Shown here piece by piece: positions 13,495-24,700 of a stretch of 64,000 nt of DNA. Each line of letters starts with the position of its first letter. Position 1 is the first letter of the stretch. The stretch covers positions 11,163,129 to 11,227,128 of the forward strand of contig CM082576.2 of NCBI GenBank assembly GCA_040954595.2, in the 5' to 3' direction. The notes under the pieces are model-generated. The model was given only the letters and a program-made list of their open reading frames with translations. It ran no database searches and was not told the origin of the DNA. Position numbers and translations under genes: made by a program. This DNA is from Balanoglossus misakiensis (Eukaryota > Animalia > Hemichordata).

Positions 13495-13559
13495 CATTGT
13501 TATTGTTGACAAAATGAATTCAAGTCCGGACTCGAATTCAATTCTTAACAATAGCAATG
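13495..13559. repeat. 65-bp imperfect palindrome / hairpin
   Basis: CATTGTTATTGTTGACAAAATGAATTCAAGTCC|GGACTCGAATTCAATTCTTAACAATAGCAATG. Confidence 0.85.
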
Positions 13560-16500
13560 CGGAAAACTAGAAAAGGCTGTGCGGAAAAAAACAAACAAAG
13601 CAAATACTGAGAAATTCATTATGTTTTATAGAGTAGAACAAGAAAACACAATTGATAGTACTGAGAAAATAGCCAGAAGTTGGAGTTACTAGCACTTTAA
13701 ACTCGTAAACCTTTGTAGACCTAGAGCAGTAAAAAATCACTGATGTCATCCCAGGGAGACATTATAATTATTATCATGCTGGACATCCCAGCACAAGTTG
13801 ATGTTGTAGACAGCATATCAACAAGTGTGCTATGGTGATGCTTGGTGCGCAGAAACTATGCAAAAGGCAAAACGAAATAAAATGTAACCCGAGTTTGATC
13901 GGGGTCGTATGTGCGAAGACTTCCAAGCATTTGGGAATGTTTCCTACGAAATAAAAACGGATGTAACTGCCTTGGGTTGTCCCATGTCATTAAGTTTTAT
14001 GACCAGTGGTGTGTACTTCTACACCAATGAAATGATTGGGAAACATTTGGGGCCAGTAAAATTGCCGGTCAATGAAACTGTCAAGATCGTGAAACCGAAG
14101 GATGAAATACAGCAGATATAAAAATCTCAGTGTTTTTGTCAATGGTTGTAAGCATGTAAAGACCAGAGTAGGTGGACGATGCCTGTGGTTGATTAATGAT
14201 CGTGCGTTGGTCGGGGCAAGAAACGAGCTCCCTGATTTTAACGGCCAGTGGTGTGTGGGGTTTCATTGCATTATTATTAAAATGTCAGCTGTGATTAGGA
14301 TGAGAAAAATCTAAAATTCCGACGGGAGTGAAGTGACTACTTCAGCAGGGCTTCCAGTTTCAGCCGAAATGTGCTCTTAATTGAAACTACTAAAGCTCAG
14401 AGGTAGTCGTGGCGCCAGTTGAAGTTGCCGTAGTAATACCTGTGTATGGGCAGTGATTTGTGACTGGCCAGTTCTTCTAACATAGGTGGGAACATCCCAG
14501 GCCGTTATTTTCCAGCCCATAAAATCTATTTTTAGTCTGTTTTGTAGCTGATCTCCGATGATATGATTGTTGGCCCAACGTTGGTCAAAAGTTTGAACTG
14601 GGACTGCATGAACTGGTACTAGGTTATCGTTTATATTTTGCCGTGTTTTTTTTTATACTGATAAATCGGACAGCGTCTGATCATTTGTTTGTGAATGCTG
14701 ATAAAACCGGTGATGTCACTGCGGCGTTTCAGATATAAAAAAACAACACTCGGGAGTTAAAGTAGATCGGGTAAACACTCTGACTCTCATCGCCGGTGCT
14801 CTGAATGGGACCATAACCGTTTGTGGAGTTATGAGATTGAGTGAAATCTTTTGAGATAAAATCTACATTGTCAGGGTGTGTGCAGTCACTGATACACACG
14901 CACACACACATCGTGTATGTGTGTGAACTCTGTCGGTCGGCTGAAGCGCTAAGTACAGACAAGTCGAGTGTTTTCATTCCCTGGCACCTGTGTTGTGAAG
15001 AGAAAACTAAAGATATGAATCCCTCGCCGGCCGCTCATAAAGAAGTCTTTGTTGCGCGTGTTTATTTTCTCATGATTATGAACCTAATGGGCATGAATCG
15101 TTGGAAAATTAAAAAGAGAAGAAAAAAATGTAGTGGCGGGCACTGTGTGGTTATATCTGAAGAAGACGGATCAAATGGTAGGATGTGTTTACCTGTGTAA
15201 AGCGGTAAAAGGAACCTTTGTACGATATTAAGCTATATTACACAATGGTTAAAAGGGGACCCGGACACAAGTGACTTGTACTTCTGGAAATCCTTGAATG
15301 ACAAGTCACCTGTGAAAGAAATCATTTGACGCAGCCCGACTTTACTTCAAGCGCTTCACCCTAAGGCCTTTATGTTCCTTGTGACTTCCCAAATCCAGCC
15401 ACTCCCACACCCCGGGATATACTGAATGAGATAAAAGAAGACAGCTAAAAAAAAGAATGAGTGGGCCAAGTGTGGAGTTTTTGGAGGCAGCAGACTGGAT
15501 AAGTATTTGGTTCTAGAACTCAAATGCAGTCTAGCACCAAGCTCTCTCAGACCAGCCTACTTCCATCCATCATGGCTCGTCCCTGCTACAGCATAGGAAA
15601 GATACAGTGGTCCATGTTTGGCCTTCTACATAAATATTTTCGCATGCTTTCTCAAATTCTTGGGTATGTTTTGGTGAATATATGCGCCACTAGACTTTGT
15701 GAACCTTCTTTATTAGCACTCCTCCCTGTAGTCTTTACAGTACAGCTCTACACAATTGGCCATATGGTTTTTGTTGGAATGCACACTTTGTGAACTTTTT
15801 TTCCAACCCAGTGATTCTCAAAACAAGATTAGTAACAACGTGAAATTGGAATAGGCATAGAGAGTCTCCTTGTCACAATGCACTGTAGCACACAGGGACC
15901 AAAGCTCAATTTGCCGGTTATGTAAGTAGGGTGGGCACTGTGTGTGGAAAATACGACATTGTACCGGTACGTGCTGACTAGGGATGAGTCTAAAAACAGA
16001 AGGAAGACACTTGACTGACAGCGGTTATGATGACTACGAGATATCCCCAATTACTTTGATGGATAGGAGCGAGCTTTAAGAACGTGAGCTTTTGCCACTG
16101 TAAACAAATCGGAGAAGCAGAATGTTTGACTTAATGGAGTTCTTGGGGTTGTTGAGGCAGGTCGTGACACCGGCATTTGAGAGACAGCTCAATGTGCTGT
16201 CAATCACGGCAGACGCATCCCGAATCGCACACAAACCGATGGGTAATTTTTCTGGCAGGATCATGGCCAAAATAAACAGTGTACAGATAGTCCACCGGTA
16301 GATTGCCTGGGCAAATAAGGGCCTTGCATAGGTGAGGTAATTGGAAGCCGTCCGATTCTTCAGCCGTCCAAAAGAGAAAGGTTAGGAGTTTATCGCTAAG
16401 TCAACAAGGGAAAGTGCATTTCAAACATTCTAGCGGTTGCGTTCTGGTTCCCCTTTGCAAAACTCGGCAAATACCGGCGAGGAGTCGCGGAGTAAAGCCA

Positions 16501-18160
16501 ACATTCCATTTAAGAGATGCACTGAATTAGAAATGGGTAAACAGGGAGAGAGAGAGAGAAAAAAAACTGCTGACAAGGTTTGGATCTTAAAGCCTAGCAA
16601 TTTACGGCAATTTATCCCCCGCAGATATGCTCTAATCCCCGGGATTAATGGGAGGGGCTGTTCTTGCCTCCGGGCAGGTCAAGTGGGCTTCATGGCTTTT
16701 TTGTCTCCGGCAAAAAAGCAGAAACGATTGACATAACAGGACTGAATGGAGGGGGTCATCTTGAACCCTTCTGCCAAAGTAGCACTTGTAACATCCAGGA
16801 GGAAATATTTCCCCATCGAATAAGCTTTAAATGTGATGAAATAGATACTTTAAGAATCCATCGAGAAAATGCACAGCTGAAACTACATTGATAAGAATTT
16901 TCCCTCTGGTCCTCTACCCTGGCATTGGAACACATTGTGGAAATTGCGAATTTGTGTAGGAGCGGAATTGTATAAAATTACCACTTCTCATTTAGCAGTA
17001 ATTGACTCGTAGTATAAAAAGGTATATTTGTAATACAGATATTTGTGAGGTGGCGACTCTGAAGGTCAGACATCACATACCAGCTTGTAACAACATCATG
17101 TGGGTTGGGTTTTTTTTTTCTCTCCCCCAGTCGCACCGGGGCAGTGATTCCATGAGAAATGTCAGCTGTGACTTGTTCTTTCACTGGGCTGGTGTGTAGC
17201 GTACACGTGTAAACTCTGTCCGCGTACACCGCTTGTAAGTCTTTGTTGGGGTGCTAACTACATGGGGTTTTTGGAACAACTTACAAACGAGGAAAGGCGC
17301 CATGGGGAAACGCAAACATTTGGAGACAAGTGGTCAAGTTGAGAGGCAGGCGAAAATCAAGCAACCGTGAAACCTAAAATGTTTACCCCTAGAGAGTCTT
17401 TAGAGACAGCACTGGGAGCGAGTGAATTTGATCCCTATGCATCGCGGCGAATTTCCTGTTATATGGTATTTCTATACAGCCGGACAGCTTCCCCCCCATA
17501 TAGCGAAGCCTTTCCCTAATTACAGGCTACAGAAATAGTCGAAAGCAAGGGTGGTATTTTAAAAACCTTTTCATTGCACTTTTTTGTAATGTAATACGTT
17601 GTCTTGAAATCTCATCACCACTGGTACACTTAATAGAAGCTCTGCAAATTTCTCAGATATTTTTCTGCAGATTTGGATTTCTATTGATTGTCAACAGAGG
17701 AATTCAGCCCCAAAAATTTATCGACAAAAGTCGAAGGATTTCATAGAAAAATACACTTCAAGTATGAAAAGATGACAAAACTTCATTTGTCAATTTTTCT
17801 CTCTCATCTGTATCTGTTTGTGATTGATAAAAAGGGTGACTTGCTCCTAAATTCTTATTAGAGTCAAGTTAAAGACCAAATAATGCAAGGAAAAAGCCAT
17901 GCACTTTGACCAGACATGGTCCGTGTCTGTTTTAACAGTTGCAGACAAATATTCACCTGACCCTGACACTATAAGTAGACACAGTGACACCTTCGCCCCT
18001 ATTAAAAAATATGCCGACCCGCCCTTTCCAGCATTTTTTTGTTTCATGAGAAAATATGCAATGTCACGCAGCTGAAGTGTTTCTGAGACACATACCACAT
18101 AGTGCAGATTGGCCCGGCCGGCCAGAGAAGCAAGCCTGGTGCACGGAAGTGTCCCAGTGG

Positions 18161-18332
18161 TGATTTGCCCACTACCTGTTAATGAGCTGTTTTCTGTGAT
18201 AAGTTGCACCACGGCCGCTGAGAGCACATCATTTGCAGAGGTCTGATGATTTGCCCACTACCTGTTAATGAGCTGTTTTCTGTGATAAGTTGCACCACGG
18301 CCGCTGAGAGCACATCATTTGCAGAGGTCTGA
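18161..18332. repeat. Perfect tandem duplication, 2 x 86 bp
   Basis: TGATTTGCCCACTACC...GCAGAGGTCTGA occurs at 18161-18246 and again at 18247-18332. Confidence 0.95.
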
Positions 18333-18710
18333 TGAAGACTTGTTTTTTTGCCTGTAAAATAGTTGTATTTCCCACTAGACGCATACTGTTTAAGCGGCCC
18401 GTATCACGATGACCTCAGATGGGGGTCAAACCTCAGTTCCCCCATTGGAGATTGCTGTGCTTTATGTGAACGGCTGGGTAACCGGGGGGATGGGATAAAA
18501 AAGAACCCAGCGAAACATTCCACCTACGCTGTGTGTTATGAAGAAACGACAGAAAACAACGTGATGTTGCCATGGTCAGTGTTGTTTAATGTGGGGCTTG
18601 AAAGCTGCAGCTGGCCATAGGGACACTGTCCCATTGGCACCTAATAAAAAAAACAACGCTTAGCGTTATTGGTATTTTCAGACTGATTTTCCAGGCACAT
18701 CCTCCCTTAA

Positions 18711-18795
18711 CCCTTTCACCCCCAGTTTCGTCTTTAGAGGTCCAACTTTACCATAGAAAACAACGGATTTGGACCAAACCATGGTGGTGAAAGGG
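18711..18795. mobile_element. 85-bp piggyBac-type MITE
   Basis: TTAA|CCCTTTCACCCCCA...TGGTGGTGAAAGGG|TTAA: TTAA target duplication, CCCT/AGGG ends, 13/14 TIR match. Confidence 0.85.
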
Positions 18796-21700
18796 TTAAA
18801 GGGTCATCTCGATGAGGATTTCGCCAGAAAGATTAGTCGCACTCAAAATATTTTAAAAGCTTTTTACAAGAGGCAGACAGTTTTGACTACACGTACTGTT
18901 GCACACATTAATGAACTGTCAGCTGTCCTGCCATAAACTGGCACTGGCAACCCCCTTTTGCTTATCAGTCATGTTTCTGCTTGTTGTCAAAATCCGAACT
19001 GACAAAACGCAAACAAAAGCGAAAAAAATGCTCAATACTGAAACGATGATGTCTTCTGGTCAATCACTTCATGGCTGAGAAATTTCGACAACTGGAAGTG
19101 TCAGCCGGAGTTCAGAGTCCTTTTGGGCATGGCGCTGCTGCAGTGCGCTTTCTTCGCGACTGCTGTGACAATGACCGTGTGTGCACCTTCGGAGAGTTCA
19201 AGTGAATTTATCGTGTGCTCTGTGGCCTGTTGAAGATTGATGTTTCCGGCGAACATGATCTGATAATTAATCACCAGAAATGCCAACCAAAATCACAGAT
19301 ATTACAGCTGGTAGACGTGTACAGCGGGTCGGGCCGTAGCGTGTCATCGTGACCGAGTCACTGGGCATGCCATGGTTTGTGTTAACAATTCTGACAGCAT
19401 ACTGACTAGTCAAACAAAGCCAATGACAGATGAATCCCAACTCAGTCTGTTTCCTACACATAATTTGATTCACAGACAAATCCACCTTGTCCCAGCATGC
19501 AGAGTCCGGCATGATCGACTTTCCGTAAGTCATCACTCTGAAGCCAAACACTGTCGCTGGGGAAAACAAAAATCTTTTGTGAATTTCCCCCCGACGGTCG
19601 GTCACTGAAGTTTTTGAAATTGCTGTTCTGTGGACATCTGCAGTTCAAATCATTGGTCAGGGTGGATTGTGTTAATGGCAGCACTGAGTGACAAGGCGTA
19701 CAATTAAACAGTGACAATTCCGGTGTCATCCCAGCTAATGAGCACGAATAACACTTTTGAAGAGGGTCTCTCTTAAACACATTAACACCTTTTACATCTA
19801 GGAGCTAGGGGACACAACACAAGTAAAGCACTTGGCATAAGATTTACATGTCTGATGATTTTGAAGATGGGGATCTTCAGTTAATCTCATCAGATCTGTT
19901 TTGTTGTTTGTGTGCCCCTCCCCACTTGATGGCATTCAGGCCAATCATTTCTCTAAATATGTAACTTCCATCATGGCCACATCACTTGAAGGTCAAGAAG
20001 TGACCTGGCAATGCAAAGAGGCATCATCTATTATCACTGGGCAATAAAATTCCACCTCCTTTATCGCGGTGGTCATTTCCTTTAATTCCTTCTTTATGCT
20101 GTTTAGATCACTTCAAGAGGGAGCAGTTTGTTCGAGGACGTTTCAACTGTTACTTTTACAACTGAAGGTAAAAAGGCCATTAGAAACATACTCTCTTTTA
20201 TGGGTAAGGTTTAATAAACCTTCTCGATAATTGATTCTCTCGGTGCCGATAATTGATTCTCACAAGGACCTGGCACTGAGAGAGTGAATTGGCTAATTTT
20301 TCACTCCCTGGATTTCAGTGGGATCAACTGCAAACTCATTATCTCGTGTTTTAAGTGATTATCAGCTTAAAGGCGGTGCCAGATCATCTTGGGTAAGGAG
20401 AATTACTGAAAAAAAAGGTGTTGGTTTCATGACATCGGATGATCACCGTTTTTAGTTCGTTAGCATTGTTCCCTTCAATGGTTTGTACTTTTTGACTTCC
20501 GTTTGCGAACATCCTGCAGAGAAACAGAGAAGGGGGGATTTCTATTTAGGAAATGTGTAATACACTGTCAAGTAATCTCGCCTCTTGTCTTTGACAAGGG
20601 CGGAATTCCTGTACAGCAGAGAGAAAGCCCCTTGTAACTGTAATACATGCCGTAAAACTTTAAAGCGTGAAAATAGCTTCGGTAGCTACTTTCTGCAAAT
20701 AATGGAGGTCAGACACTTAAAATGCTTGGTTTCTGTTTTATCCTAGTTACTTCATGCACAAAAGTATGTTGGTAGAGTCCTTCATGACTTTTTTTTTTGT
20801 GAGGGGAAAAAATGTTGGAATGTAAATGTTCTGTGTAGTGGTTGTGAAGCAGAGTTAGCCCCCTTCTTCTGTGACTCTGACGTTTGCTTGCTGAGGTGCT
20901 GAGGTGAAGTGAAAATGGGAACTTTTGTGACAGAATGGAACTTTCATGTAGTTTGTACAGATGGAAATGAAACACAATGGGGTGTCAGCAACGTCTGAAT
21001 TTTGAAGTCGTCCCCGGGGAGAATAAACTGACTTGAACACTCATTTTCTGGTTCTGTCATCGACTGCATGATGGAACCGTGTGAAGAAGGACAGTGGGTG
21101 CTGCACGATTTTCCCCGATTGTTTTCTTTAAGACTTTAATTCTGTTGATCGGCTTGCCTTATGTTAGTTTGATGGATGGTGTTCTCCAAGTGATCAGTCA
21201 GAAAAGGCAGCACATTGAGTGCCTTCTTTTATGTCACCATCTCCGAGCATGAGGCAAGTAAAACCTCAAGGAAAACATGCATCTCATGAATGACTCGGGG
21301 ACTCATAAAGACGTTGAAGCACTCCCATGACTTTGATGCAGGCAGCGATTGTTGACAGACACGCAGTCCACCTCCGACAGTTGTTCAGCTGAATGTGAAT
21401 GAGTGATTGGTAACTTGGGCCGTAGTGACCGATTAGATCAACCAACAGTCATTGTGTGTGTAACCATCCATATGAGTGATGCTGTAGAAATCTGTCTAAT
21501 TGATGTGTATGTAAAGATACCCTACAGTGCCCCTGTATAACGGATGATGCTCTGCACCCCTATATGTTTTAATACACTGCAGACATGTTCTGTAGCCTGT
21601 ACACTAGTGTCTGGGTGTGTTTGACTGTGAATAGGGGTGGGGGTGGTGCACAACCACTGTATCATGGGGGTTGGCTTTATATCAGACCCCTAGTGAACTG

Positions 21701-24700
21701 ATGCATAGAAACTGCAGGGCTATATATACCATGTACCCCAGTGACTGGGTGTGTTGGTCTCTTTGAGCTGTTTATAGGGTTGTTAGCCCAGTTGATCAGG
21801 TGCTTCGTTCTCTAGTTTATGATCTGTACAACCCATGCACCTAGTCACTGGGGAAGTATATACCCACTCAACCATTTCACCAGAGACGGACACGCATGCT
21901 CAGCTTATGCAGGTGCATTCAGACTCAGCATTCTCTTAGTTATTTGTATTGATACTCACTTGCGGCCATTATTCTAATCTGGTTGGATTTTTGCAAGCCA
22001 TCTGCAAACGTGCAGGCTTTTTAGCATTAGGACAGATTTTGTCTTATCAGCTACCATGCACATGGTTAGTTCTGCCTATTCCCAAAACATGATGATGGGT
22101 GAACTTATCTGAGGTCATGGATGCAGCTTACAGCGCAGAGCCAGCTGAGGTTGTATTTGGTCGATGGAGTCTGTGTTTACGCAAGACATCCCTGAGTATA
22201 GGCATCACACAGAGGAACGCACTATCCCATAACTTTTACTTGACACTGTTATACAACCGTCAATGTACAGATTATTTGTACAGGGTCCCAGAGTCTTTCA
22301 GTTTCTCTGACTGGTCCACCAGGTTCAGGTGTTTGCTATCCCATGGCTTTTGGTTTGTAATTGAGTTTTGGCACAGGGGTCAGTGTCTGTGCCCTTGCAG
22401 ACAGATGGTAAGGCCAATGATTCTTGAAGAGAAAGAAAACATGTATAGTTAAGCTACTGTACTATCTATATCCACGGTTACTTCTAGTAACCGTGCTATA
22501 TCTAATTAGTCAGTTAATTGATTCAGCTGCATTGTTTGAACTTCATGGCAGTACTTGACTTTTTGATCTTTGGGTGGATATGATTAAAAGTTTTAATCAC
22601 ATTTCTCCCGGCCGTACGAGTTCTCTCATCTGGCAATTGATTTATCCTACCAGCTATTTATTGTATTGAATTTAACCAACACAAGCATTTGCAAAGTTCA
22701 TGGAGAGTTTAATTTACATTCACATCACTGAGTCATTTTTCGAAAATAACTCCAGCATGACAAACCAAGCCAATTTCGTTTTTTTTTTTTGGCCTAAAGC
22801 AACGTTTGGTCCACGTCCACGTGTCAGGCAGGCAGTGTTCTGCAACTTGTGTGGTAAAGGGGAAGATAGCCTATCACAATCTGAGCCACCACCTAAAGCT
22901 CATGTTCTTAGCTGGACTTCAGAGGAAGTAAGAGATATTGTGAGAGAGAAGGCAAACATCATTTCCCCGTGGCAGTGAACTTCAATTAACTATTCTGTTG
23001 ATTAAAGATTCAGGTCTACTGGTTGTTGTTTGCTTTTGGCCCCATTGCGATGTCATCGCCATATCTCCTGTTGCCATGGGTACGTTGTGCACCCCTGTGT
23101 GTTGTCAGGGAGCCACTTAATTAGATATTGTTTAGCAGAGCTAATGAGTCACTTAAATAATTAGGTAGTAATTTGCAGAGCTAACTTGATAATGCGTGAC
23201 TACTTTATAACAGTTAGAAACGATTGTCACAAAGATATGATCTGACACAAACAGGTGTCTGTGAATCTAATGCCACTTTGTAAAAATTAATAGAAAGTTT
23301 TATTTCACCTGTCTATTGATTAGATGAGAGTTGCTCAAAACTTTGCTGTAGTAAAACTGTGTATGACAGACCATGAGGAGTCCAAAGTTTGAACTTACTG
23401 ACAACCTGTAAATCTTAGGCCACCATACTGGGAGATCGTATAAGGAAGCCCTACAAGTAAATACACAACGATATGTAGTCATAATAGCAACTTGCCTACG
23501 TGCAATCCTAACACGGAAAAAACCCCAACAACTATGTATTCGGCGCAAGTTCCACACAGAAGTCTTCACAGTGGAAATTACAGCAGACCAAAAAAAAAAA
23601 TGGAGTGGAGTGATTTTGAAGTGGGTACCTTGCCTTCCCTTGTTTGGGTATCTTCATAGGTGCCCCTTTTAGAAGTAGAGTCAACAAGTTCCACTCAGAG
23701 AACACACAGGCAGGTGCCATTGTATTGCATGCACATTGGCCGTAATATGCATTACGCAGAATGATACTGAAAAAGAAAATGCATACCGCGATTATCAGTG
23801 GCCGTGATCAAAAATTTGCTGCCTGATGCTTGTGTGGAATTTCCGATCAGATTGCACAACCGCTATTGAATTGCGTTATCTTTTGTTGAAGCCGAGACAA
23901 TCTTGAAAATGTTTGTATAAAAGCTGGGATCTACTATCCCAATTTTTAGCCTGCCAGCCCCGCTGTGCTGCAATTCGTCCGTACACAGACAAAACCACAT
24001 TGGATACTTGCTATTCTTGGGCCTGGAATGGTGTTCAAAAACAAAAGATTTATTGCATCACCATCAACACCGGAGTGGTCTCCTGGTTGGGGATTGACTG
24101 GACCGGTGCTGTGAACTGCCTTGTTTGGCCGACCACTCATTCTGTCTGTGTGTACACTGCACTATTTGTTCATCAGCTGAGCCTTGAATATCATTCTACA
24201 GATGTAGTCTGTGTGTGCATAGATGGCAATCGCACTGTAGTGGTATTATTAGTCAGTTTTTGGCACTGGAAAAGTGTTGTTGGGCGTAGGCCTGTCATCA
24301 CCTACTTGCGAGAAGAAAAAAAAGCGAGCATGGAATAGGGCCATGGGCGAGGAACATTCCCTCCGCTGGTATTGAGTAAACTGTAGCATTCACCAACAGG
24401 TGTTTATGGTGTTTTGTTTGAAAGTGGTGTGTAGCCAACACCAGCCGTAGCGCATACCGATCATTCCATGCGGCCAAGACGCCAAGAAGTTTTCCCAAAT
24501 TTTTTTGTCTGAAGGAAGGTCGGTGGGGAACATTCGATAGGGAGGTGGGGTATGGGTCATGAGGTTTATCCCAAAGTAGCTGTAAACCAAATGGTGGAAA
24601 AATGACAAAAATGTTAATCATGCTGGACAAATTTGGAAGGAGGACGTCTGCCCCCCCACTTGTTGGTCATGGATCGTTGATTTTCACCGCATAACTGAGT

